The notes under the pieces: model-generated | Databases searched by the model: none | The model's input: the letters and a program-made list of their open reading frames with translations, nothing else | Told to the model about the DNA's origin: nothing | Shown here: positions 1 to 12,000 of the stretch, piece by piece | How positions within the stretch are numbered: position 1 is the stretch's first letter | Layout of the letters: the number at the start of each line of letters is the position of its first letter | Assembly (NCBI GenBank): GCA_951804945.1 | Contig: OX638149.1 | Span: 82,522,001 to 82,586,000 of the forward strand | Reading direction: 5' to 3' | Length of the DNA stretch: 64,000 nucleotides | Source: Podarcis cretensis | Lineage: Eukaryota | Position numbers and translations under genes: made by a program

Positions 1-2130
1 TAAAAACCTTCTGCACTTCCAATGAAAAATTGTTTCAGGGTAGAAAGGGGGGATTTACTCTTCTGTCATGTTGACCACCAGAATTAGGCCCCAATTCACA
101 ATTGCCCTGCATATTGCAGAATCATTTAATGTTATGCGGGTGTACTATCTTACACCCACGTATTTGCAGTCCTATCCTATGCAAGTTTATTCAGAAGGAA
201 AAATCCTGTGGAGTTCAATGGGGACTGATAGCTGGACTAGCCAAGCTAGCATACATAGGAGTGTTAAAACATGAAAGGCAACGAGTCCCTAGAACCTCCA
301 TAGGAAACAAAACTAAGGCTGCAACCCTGTACTCACTTAGCTGGCAACAAGGACCACTGAGCTCAGTGGGACTTACTTCCAAGTAGACACATACAGGATT
401 GTGCTATTAGTCACCAAGAAAACTGGAAATTCTCCCACTCGTTTCCAGTTCTTCCAAGCAGCCTTTAAACCACAAAGAGGCACAAGTGGCTAGAGCTTGC
501 CAGAACCTTCAGGGTGCCCTTTGTTCTGGCAGCCTGCTTGGGGACCTGAGGCCGCAACCTCAGGGAATGTGCCAAGTACCTTCTGGGTTGCCATGCATGG
601 GTCATATGCTGTGTATGGCATACGAGGCTGCATGCTGAAGAGGCCTATGGTAAGAGTTGTTCTTTCACATTAATGCTACATTCCGATATGATATGACTTG
701 TAGGTCACAATATGCTTAACTTCCTACATAAAAATTATTTCACTCCTAAGTTTCATCACTAGAAAATACTTGCAATTTTACACAGTGCCGCCATGTTGTT
801 GTGAGAAGATCTCAGACATGAGCACTGTTGCAGGACTAGTGGCTAAGATGCAATGTCGTGAGTTGTTCTGATGTGTGGTTGGGTGATGCTGATAAGCCCC
901 TGATTGTAGAGTGGCTGAAGGAATGCATATGAACAGGGTTAATCCTATCACCCATCATTACTTTCTAAGAAGGATTTGTAATAACAATGCTTCTTAAGGA
1001 CCCAAGTTGAGGGAGAGATGGGAATGCAGAGAGAACATTTGTCCCACTCAGGCAGGTGTTTCTCATACACTTAGTAACTACCTCACCAAAATGCTTAGTA
1101 GCTTTGTAAACATACATGAAACTTCAATGCACAATATACCGGTAAGTCCATCTTTTCCCTGAACTCAGGGACAGACCACTATTGACCTTACGTGATGCTG
1201 CCAGTGAATGCAAGATCAGGAATGGGGACAGACTGGCTCTGGGCACCATTATGTTTTGGGGAATAATATAGGGCACTGGCAAGCCAAAAGCTAGTTTAAA
1301 CCAATTGATTCATGCAAACAGAGATGAAAATTCTGTCAGATAAAGCAAGATTGTCACTAGTTCATAGTGATCTGGGGAGCTGTGCAATGCTGTGAAACCC
1401 AAAATACCTCTCATCCCCTCCGCCCCACCCTCCAGTACATGTACTTTCTTCTCAGAAGAAGTCTGGTTATCACTGAACACAGAGCTAATCAGGGGAGCAA
1501 AACACCTGAGCCCCGGCCCAATTTTCACTGCACCCAGTCAGGATCAGGAGTGGGGGACTGCATTCCTCTGGAACACAGCCTTAATGGCTATAAAACAGGA
1601 GAGTGTGTCTGATTATTTAAAAAAAAAAAAAATCACAATGATGACAATGATGGACAGGTGCTTGAGTCAAACATGATACGCTAGTGCAATAGGGCCCAAA
1701 GTCACAATCTCCTTGATTCAGACACAATTCCAAGGACATTATCTGACCCCTCAGCTTATGTAGCTCTGGTCCTCTAGCCTGCGGACAGTAACTTCCTAAT
1801 TTCAGCAGGAAAGGCAGAGATCCTGCCTCCTTCTTAAAAGAAATACGCTGAGGTAGGGAAACCAGTCATCTAACTTCAGTGAACAAGGTCCTAAAAAAGC
1901 AGCAGGCTGCGTTAGGCAGTGATTTTCTCCCTAACTAAAGAACACAAACCACGGTGTGGCATCCTTCGTGCTGACCTCCACTGTGGCGCCATTAACAAAG
2001 CACCTAGGAAAGAATGCCACCATTCCCCATGCATCTTCCACAACTCTCACCTGCCCAGTGACCAGGTCCTCCACGTTTTATCCCATGACTCAAAGCATGG
2101 GATTGGCTATTTGGGCCCTTCTCTCCTACA
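1..2130 (-). other. Probable DAGLA 3' UTR or downstream region; only canonical minus-strand AATAAA seen is at 186-191
   Basis: Follows the stop codon; no credible ORF; transcript end not determinable from sequence. Confidence 0.55.
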
Positions 2131-3058
2131 CTAGAGGGCTGAGATCATGCAGTCCTCTTGTTTGGCAGGGCTGGTCATATTGCCAGTGGGAGTGGAAGTC
2201 CGGATTTTGTCAGTGGCCAGACATTCCTGGCTACTCATGCCTGTAGGAGTGAGGTCCATAAGCTCTCCAGAAGAACTCAGAGGGAAAGAAGGGGAAACTG
2301 ATATGCCTGAGGAGGGATCTGTTGAGCCCGCAAATAACCTGGGGGGCTTTGGGACCAAGTTGGGCTCATACTGTGCTCTTAGCAGGATCTCCTGATCACT
2401 GACAGACTTGGGCATCTCAGCAAAATCACTAGTGCTGTCCGATACCATCATGCAGTAGATGTCCTGGAAAGAGCTGCTTTTGCTGTCCAGATTAAAGAGG
2501 CTGTCTATAAACTCGGCAAACTCCAACACTTGCGGACTGGGGTCATCACTGAGCCTCCCGTTCTGGAGGGTCAGTTCCTCCTGAGCAGTGAAGGAAACGT
2601 GGTCTGCATCGCTGCCAGCACCGCCGTCACTGCAACGCCGCTGAGGAGTGGTGTCTCCACTGTTGTGCAGGGCCTCAGGAGGCTGAGTCTCCTGGGAGTG
2701 TTTGGAGAGGCTGTCAGCAGCAAGCAGCTCTGTCCGTGAGCTGAGGGAGGGGTTTTCCTCAGGGATTGCTGGGTCGATATAAAAACAGTGAGTCTCATCT
2801 TTCTCCATGACTGCATGGAGGCTGGGTGAGCCGCGGATGCTACGAAAACCAGAGGAACGCCTTGAATCAAAGCTGTAGATGGATTCATTATCTGACAGGC
2901 TCTCCATTGTAGCAAGAGGAGCACGCCGGTCCTGCAGTTCAACAGACAGGCGTTCCTTGGTATCTAGAAGCAGCAGCTCCACTGGATCCTTCTGCACTGG
3001 AGATAGAAGCTTGGTCTCATAAAACCCTTCCAAACTGATTTCAGAGTGAGCCTTACTC
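2131..3058 (-). CDS. DAGLA: DAGLA exon 20 coding part: C-terminal regulatory tail with Homer-binding PPRLF (2332-2346), ends ...CMISAL*
   Basis: tgcag|G AGT AAG; 300-aa ORF in the track matches the DAGLA tail; TAG at 2131-2133. Confidence 0.97.
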
Positions 3059-6000
3059 CTGCAAAAGGAGAAGACAAAAATATGAGACTAATACAAGGCT
3101 ATGCTTTGTATTGGAACAAGCCACAGAAGAGAACACCGCAGTTACAACTCCTCATTTATGACATCACGATATCCACCAACACCACAGCAGTTATAACACA
3201 GCAGGAAGGAATACGTCCATCAGGGGTCTTTAGTAGATCTTTCTAGAAAAATCAGAGCCACATCCTTACTTAGTGCTGCTGTTCCTTCTGTCCACTACTA
3301 TGTCTCCAATTCCAATCTGCACAGAAGGCCTAGGCAGAGGCTGATTCTGGAAGATTAACTCCGGGTTGAGGTCCACTTCTGTAGGACTCACCATCACTTT
3401 GGCTGCAGAAAGCAAGGCTGTTTTGCCTTTGTTATAATTCTCCAATACCTGTGCAAAATAAATTGGTAGAAAACAGTTTTCTTCAGTTATCATTTCCAAC
3501 CTAACCTCACTGACTTTTGACATAAAAGTCAAATGTCCCACAGCATGCCTAAGATGGATTGCAGCATCATGTTATATCAGTGCTTTTGACTTTCAACAAA
3601 ATTTTTGTATGTACGCCTCACATTTATCTGGACTACATTTTGCTGGATACACAATCCCTTCATCATAATGTCTGTCCTTTTCTTCATCCATGAATCAGTT
3701 TGTTCAGATGTTCAGCACAAACTTTTTGGTTCGTGTTCTATCCCCTCTGGTACCTCCCCAAATAATGCCCATTATTACCTTGTTAAGACCCTCCATGACC
3801 ACATAAGGCAGGTGTTCGTGTAGCATTGCTGGGGAAATTATCACTTCATTAAATGCCTTGTTGTCTCCCCAAATGGCAAAGTATGTGGGTTCCTCCTGAT
3901 CACAGCAGCTGGGGGGAAGTCAAGAAAGGCATAGTCATGGGAAAGCAAGCAAATTAGAGGGGGAAGGAATGATGACCCTAGAGAAAAAACACTGGGGCAC
4001 ACAGTGGGGCCGGGTGTAGGGGACATCACTCAAAGGACCCAAATGAATAACAGAACACAAAGGCAGTTCTTTCAGGCCCATATTCTAAGGCAGAAGCATT
4101 CATATAACATCTTGTCCTGCAAAATTAAATGACATTATGAAATGCTATACTATGGGACCAGCAGAGAACAGAAACAAACAAGACTCAAGCAGTTATCTCC
4201 TGTCATCCATCTCTTTTCCCATTACAGTGCTCCTCTACTAAATACCATTTCAGGCAGGAGCTAAACTGCCAAGAGAATAAAGCCACAGGCTTCTGCAGAT
4301 ACCTTGGTATCATGGCTATATTCCCAAGGTTAAAATGTCATCAAGAGTACCTAGTTATTACATAATTTTGTCATTCTAACGCTCAACTGCATTTCCCATT
4401 TTTTTATTCTATAGCTTGGAATGTTACATTCAGCAGACCAGGCAAACTAGCTGCATGCAAATGCATACATAGAGGTTTTTTTTAATATTAATAGTTTATT
4501 CTTGATGAAATATTCACTGACTGCAGTGAACTACCTGCAGTGACACTTTTGTTTAGTGAGTGTCTTCTCAGTTTGGGTCAATTAGTCTCCCACCCAAATG
4601 TAAACCATCCTTTGTTCCTGGGTGGCTTTGCTTTTTAGGTTGGGGGAGGGGAGGTGGCAGTTGAAGACCCCAGCAATTTCCACCCACCACGGCTGGTACT
4701 ATGGGATAAATGCAGAGGACGTAAAACCAAACTAGAGTTCCCATGGGGGAAATTTAATAATATCCATATGTGCTGCACTATCAGTAAAGGTGCCACCAAA
4801 ATTACAAGTTGGAAACTCTCAGAAAATAAGATCAACACCACCACCACCACCCCACCCTGGCCACCAAGAAAGCCCATCAAACAGTTTGCTGAATATTATT
4901 CCCAGCTCTACCCACCAGCACTGTTCAGCAGGATGATTGTGAACAACATGAATGATGCGCCCAGGAGGATAGAGTGGTGTGCTTGCTGACAGGGCGATGG
5001 TTAAGTCACTGGGATGGGTCCAGAGGCGGTGACTGGTTACTGAATTCACTTCTTGCTCTTCAGGGAGCTCAGACTTGGGAATGCATTTTGTGGCACCCAC
5101 AATGATTCTCCACTGTCCAAGAAAAGAGAAATGAAAGGAGGACTCTGAAGTAATGCAATTAAGTGCAAGGCTGAAGTGCTGACATTATATCATGGTACAA
5201 AGGGGAAAAGTTGAGAAAACTTCACATTAGTATTTGGGCTGATTGTTGTTTTTTTTTAAAAAAATATGCATTGTGTTCCCATTTGACACTCATAATGCGG
5301 AAAAGAAGGCAGCAATCACACTATGGACTAGATTCCTTGGTTTGTATATTAACAATAATAAAAACATGGAAAAACAGCCATATCTCTCTCTATCTAGCTA
5401 TCTCTATAAATCACTGAGCATATCTAATTATGAGTTCATGCATTCAGAGAAGAAGCTAGAGTTCATCTCTAAGAAGCATCTGTCACCCAGGTTTCTACTT
5501 TGAGCAAGGACAAGTAGCAATCTCATTTGAAGGAGAAAACTTCCAATTTTTAGGGGCAACTAGTGATGTCATAAATCTGATCATATGTGAGCCAACCAAT
5601 TACAGTTGTACCTTGGAAGCTGAATGGAATCCGTTCCAGAAGTCCATTCGACTTCCAAAACATTCAAAAACCAATGCACGGCTCTTGCAGCCAATCGGAA
5701 GCCCCATCAGATGTTTGGCTTCCAAAAGAATGTTCGAAAACTGGAACACTCACTTTTGGGTTTCAATCGTTCAGGAGTCAAAACATTCAAGAACTAGGCT
5801 GCTTGAAAACCAAGGTACAACTGTACTTATTAGTTATAGTTCAAATTAGACGGAAGTTTGGGGTTATATTATTGTAAGAAAGAAAGGAGGGTAGTTGTCC
5901 AATAGGAAGTTATTAACATTTAGCAGGCAGTGTCTCAGGCAAACACCCTCTTAGCAACAGTGATTAAGACATGCGAAATCTACAGAATCTAAATATAGGG

Positions 6001-9000
6001 AAAATATGATAACCCAGTCTGGTGACTTTCCAGGCCTGACATCACACACAAACAGAACTGCATTTGATCAAAAAGAATACTAATGTTAATATATAGAACT
6101 GCATCTCTCTTTACCTCATCAGAATAGCACCGTTTCCTTTTAATTTTGGCTCCTTTCCCTGATAGTGTATTTAATTAATACCTTCTCTTGTCCTGCATAC
6201 TGAGCTATCCCAGTATCACACAACACACAAGAAGCAGTTACAGAGTTTGCTTGTGTGTTACTTTCCCAGAGTAAACTTTTTAAAAATGTGTTATCACTGC
6301 TGTGCAAGTGGAACAGCCTTCAAAATACCTTGTCTTCTTAATGGCATATTAATGCAATTGAACAATTGTGGAATGGGCAAATAAGAAAAACGATAATGGG
6401 AACTACCTTGAAAATAGATTCAACTAAGAATACCATCACCTTTTAACCCAGAGGGAATAGTCACAAGGGGATCAAGGCAGGCACATGTCAAACTATGCCA
6501 ATATGCCCCAACTGGCCAGAGGCTAAATTAGCAGATTGCATTCTGCTAATGTTGCGAACAGGCCTCCGGAATGGATCCCGTTTGCAACCAGAGGTACCAC
6601 TGTATTTTAAGAATGCATGTGACACAAATAATTTAATTTCAGATAGACTTGAAATCTTTCTTTATTATTTTACATATTAACCTGTCTAATTTTCATAACC
6701 TGCCTAATCTGGCTAACAGATTAAAACATCACAATGGAAATATATAGCAACCTCCATTTTAACATCAAAAGCCTAAAAACACAAGAGAGTCCAACTCTTC
6801 TTACCTTTGGTTTGTTACTTCTCTGCAGAACATCAAGAAGCTGCCGGCGAAATCCCTCCAGTTGTGACAGCCCAATCCTGAGGGATAAAGAATATCAGAT
6901 GCACTGATGTGGGTATAACTATTATGAGGAGCACATACAGGAAAGTAAAGAGAGATGGGATCAGAGTAGACTTACCCATGGCTCAGTATAAGGCTATTTT
7001 ATACAAATATACTGAAGACAATTCCTAACCCGTTAGAAAGATACGAGCGGATACATTACAGATAATCCAACGAGTAAGTGAATAATACAGTAGGCAAACT
7101 ACTTAACTAAAACTATAGATAACAAAAAATATGACACAGGGGTGTGAGAAGTCAATACTCAAAAGGGGAGCAGGCTATCAAAATCCATTGAACCAAAATA
7201 ATGATTCAGAGATTTTAGATGCCATATGACAGGTAAAGCAAGCAAACTAGGAAGATGGAATAAAAGTGTGAAGTACCACTATCCAGATAATCATAGATAA
7301 ACAGGCAGGAGATGCTTCTACATAATGGGTACTGAACTTTTTTTTCCATCTCAGGCAAAGAATAGCAGGCAGCTTCCCACTCCAGCATGGAGAGACTGCA
7401 GTCTTCTCTGCCTCAGATGCGTGGAGGAGCATGATCTACATGAGGACAAAGGTACACTTGGATGATTCCTCCCTTCGCACCTTCCTCTCCACTGCCATCT
7501 CAATAAATTTGGTGATGGGAGGCATTTAGTGGAATAATAGTTGGGGCATCCATGCTAACCTCATGGAAGGGCTGCATGCCACCCATGGGCCACAGATGTG
7601 TGCTAGGACAAAGAAAATGCAAAAGGATATGAGCTTTTAACATTAAAAAGAGCCAAGAACCTTATACACAATTGTGAGGTGGTGAGAAATGAAAAAGCAC
7701 ACAGGTAAGCAAGAGATGATAACGCACATAAAACGATACACAGTACACAAGTGTAAGGTGACACAGTTCACATACTACAGAGATGCTAGGCAGGAGTGAG
7801 GTGACAACACGTATAGCTCAAGATACAGTACAAAGATGGAAGATGACACGGAAGATATAGCCAGGAGACAATTCACAGGTGTAAGATGGCTCAGAAGAGG
7901 TGACCTGGGAGAGAGCACAAATGTGTAAATGACAGCACAGATAACTAAGGAGATGGCAAATAGATGCCAGATGCCACAATGAACATAATTGTGGAATCAG
8001 AATATTCACCTTTTTCAGTAATACTGGCAACTGAGAGATAGGGGAGGGATATGCCAATACACAGGTATGCAATACATCAATGAATGAGTCCAGGTAAAAG
8101 ACACAGCAATACAGGTAGCTAGGAAAAGAGGGACAAGCAAGACGGGGGTTGAAGATTGGTAAATAGGGAAATGAGACAAATGTGAATTGGGATCTTTCAG
8201 AAAGGAAGCGCGGAGCTTTGGTATAAAACAAAGAAACACTGAAACAATAAATTTCAGACTTCTTGACTTGCCTGGGGACTAGGTCTTTGCCTAGCACAAC
8301 TGCAGTAACAAACTCTTTGGAGTACTCCATTGCATCCTCACTAGAAGGGAAACAAGAAGGAACTGGTGGGATTTCATTGTCAGAAAGGGACACTTAATAT
8401 CCAATTAATTCTCTGAATCAGAAATGTCCGGTTTCCAAATTTATAAGGCTGGCACACTGCCTGTTCGCTAAACCAACAGCCCCCCCACCCTCGGTATCTA
8501 GAGATAAAACTCTGAAATATACTCCAGTGTGGTAGCTCAAACATGAACTGAATCACCAGAGTATTCATCATATGTTGTACTTCATATGGGCAAATCCAGA
8601 GTGCATTTGAGAAACTCAGAAAGTGAAGAAACACTACATTGGCACCTGGATGGAAACATTTTTATATAATGAAAATGAGAGCAATACCAGAATGCCCACC
8701 ACCAGTATATAACTAAGCTAGCCCACATGAGGCTTAGTAGTAGAATGTGGTCTTAATTCCAAATAAGGAACCCACGCCCCAGATGTGTCACAAAGAAAAG
8801 AAACTTTAGAAATCAATTTCTTTCAGTGTTAATTGACCTGTGATTCCCCATCCAAATACACTGATATGATTTACATCACTACTGATGTACTGAACAACTG
8901 TGGCCACAGAGTCTGTCATCATAGGCATCCCTCTGGGCATTCAACAGAAGCAACTCCTATCTGTGACAGGGCACGTCAGAAGCTGACACCTGAGGTTGGT

Positions 9001-12000
9001 CAACATCCTGTTCTTAGCTTTCATTTTTTTAAAAGAAATCCTTAAACCTGAAGATGCAAGCCTGAAAATGCACAGAACAGGCCTGCTAAAATCTCAGATG
9101 CTATGGCTCCCCCTTCCCTTTAGTTAATAAATACAAATACTTGCCTTAAGAGTCCACCTGGGGGAGAGTAGGCATAGCACTTTAGAGTTGGGTACTGAGG
9201 ACGCAGCAGGAAGGACAGAATGGCAGCTGTGCCTGCCCCTAAGGAATGGCCCACAACAATTAGGCCATAGTGTTTTGTTCCTCTGCCCTACAAAACAAAA
9301 AACCATTAGGTATTTGCATAATTTGGCAATTCTTATCAAATCCTTCCCCCTTTAGCTAAAATATAAGAGAGTCTAATGTGAATCTCATCCCAGCCATAAA
9401 CTCACTTAGGTGGCCTTAAGGCAAGCCACTCACAGATCCCTGCCCCAAATCTCCAACATGGGGAAAAAGCCTTTGAGTATTACAGTAAGAGAATACATGT
9501 AAGGCACTATAAATGCACTCAATTATAGGATAAATATAAAAAGCAAATCTTGAGCTCCTAAGTAATTACAGAAGTCTGGAGCCACAGTCTAAAGAACAGC
9601 AGGATTAATTCTGAAAACAGACTGATGCGAAAGAAAGGCAAGAAGATTGCAGAGCACTCCAAGGTTGCGTTATCTATTTCTGAGTTGTGTCATTTTTACA
9701 TGTTTTACTTTTCATTCTGTTCTGCAATTTTAGAAGGCCCTCTCAAAACACATTATATATTTAAGTACATATTTAAGGAAAACATCAAAATGTGTATTTT
9801 AATATGCTTGAATGGCTAAGGACTGTATCTCAGCATTAGAGAAGTGTTAAAATCCTGTGGAAAGCTAAATTCCAATTTGCACATTAGTCCAAGATGTGTG
9901 AATTGGATCATTTCATATATATTCACAATGACTGAATTCCTTACACATCCTTATAGTAGGCTAATTCTTCTTTGAGCACTTCCTGAAGAACATTTAGTAT
10001 AGGCAACATACACATACTCTGCTGCCAAAAGAATTATAGATGTAATGATAGAGCACACATTGTAATTTGCTTTATAGAACAGATAGGTTAAGTTGTTCTT
10101 TATGTGTGCACACATGTGTGCAAAATTACTTTATAATTTATTGCAAGACTCAAGCAAGTCATTAATGTGGAAACTGATTTTCAATTGAATTTTACCTGCT
10201 TTTAGCATCTTGGAATAAGGTGATTTTTCTGCCTTCCTTTCCATTTCCTAACTTCAGTGACTTATTTCCCCCCCAACACTGTTTCCAGTAACTGTTCAAC
10301 AGAACAGTAAATTATTCATCTGGTGGCCAAGGGCACTGAACAGCTACAAATGTTAGAAGTGTTCAGATGTTGACATTGTTTCTAGTAATTCAGACATAAT
10401 GTTCTATAGTTAACAGAGGGACGTGGGTGGAAATATGAACCTATCTCCTGACCACAATGTACAGAAGCAAAGCCTCACCAAATCACGCCCAAAGGCCTGA
10501 GAGAGCACCATCTCCTGCTCTAGTTTCTTTTTGATGTACTCAGCAGACAGCACCATCCCCTAAAAGGAGGAAGAAAGGACAAGTTAAAAGGTGAGTTTTA
10601 GCACAGCTGAATGGCCTGCATCAGCACTTCAATAACATATCTGATCATACTCAAATGATCAATGTGCTCTTAGTTTTTCATTTCTTTTTTCTTCAGACCC
10701 TCCCTGACTCCTCTTTCCCCCTCTCTCCTTGGACCATTTAAAGGGCCCTAGAACTATGAGGTCACTCACCATCTCCAACATCAACCAGCTATTGGTGAAG
10801 TGAGCTCTCAGTGGCTGAGGATCGTGTTACCCATGGCTGATGGTTTTCATGAACATCCTGGCTCAGCAACCACCAGGGGTAGGAGGGCTGTTGCACAAAC
10901 CTATTCTATTTTTCTAAAAAAGTCTTCTTTCTCCTGCTCTCACTACATGTGTCAGAGATAAAAAGGGCATGTTCCACATTCTTCAGTCCTTCTCTAATAC
11001 CTCAGCTGTTTTCCATCTACTGGTTTTTCAATTCTAGCCATAACCAGAAGGGTTAATATTCATTCCATGTCCCTTACATTGGCACTGTGCTTTCTATAGC
11101 CCAACACAACAGTTTTAGTAATAAAAAAAACCCCCACTATATCCTTTATTGATTATACTCTTCCAGAATTTCCTTTTTTGACATATCTAATATATGGAAA
11201 AATAATCTGATTTTTCTCTCCTGCATCTCCAATGCTTATCACAGGGGCCATGCACCACGTACAAACCATTTTGCCATGGTTTCTCTTTAAAGTTGACCTA
11301 TACTGATAATTTCCCAGGCACTTACAGTGCTGCACAAGCATGGTGTCTTGCGTTGGGTGTGGCTGCAAGACCGCAAATGGTAATGTTGCCTCATCAAGCA
11401 CAGAGCCATTGTGCCTCATTGTAAACCTATTTCTCAATGCAGTAGCTTTTATGAACATTGGCTTTTTTGAATTCAGTTCTGCAACAGTCAACTGTTTTCT
11501 GGACTCCAGCAACCTTGTGAAGTTATTACCAGGTGTTGGTTCTTGGTGTGTTTTTTATTTGACTAGCAACTTCGACGCACTTGCATTGTTACTTTTTCAG
11601 TAGTGGCACTTTACAGTTATGTCATGTCCTTCATGAAAGGATCACAAATCATTTTAAATCATTTGCTTTCAAGAGGAACTGAGAAAAGAGAGGGCTGAAA
11701 TTATAGAGCAACTAGGTAAATTAAGAAAGTGATGACTACCTTGTGTCCAAGCCAGGTTCCATGATGACCTTCCACAGGGAGACGCTCAGCATCTCCAGTC
11801 AGGTCAGTCAGAGCATCCTGGAGAACAAACTGTATATTAGAATGAATCATAAAATGCTAATGAATCATTTCTACAAGAACAGTGCAATGTGAAATGTGGG
11901 AGCAGAGGATTCCTAGGAGCCTAGCATGAAATGGCATCTATTGTGAGTGAACAGAGCACGACTCAACATTACCTTTGGGGACAAAGTTCCTCGGATACTG

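Noticed and set aside
2134-2151. CaaX prenylation motif at the DAGLA C-terminus
   Set aside because: Cys is sixth from the end (CMISAL), not fourth
7818-8393. 191-aa ORF as an independent gene
   Set aside because: Only 8272-8340 is DAGLA exon 15; the rest is intronic read-through of low-complexity U/C-rich sequence
11153-11603. 119-aa ORF with a strong donor (ACT|gtaagt ~11326) as a cassette exon in intron 12
   Set aside because: Donor is phase 1 in the open frame while the intron is phase 0; the candidate acceptor gives early stops; no homology recognised
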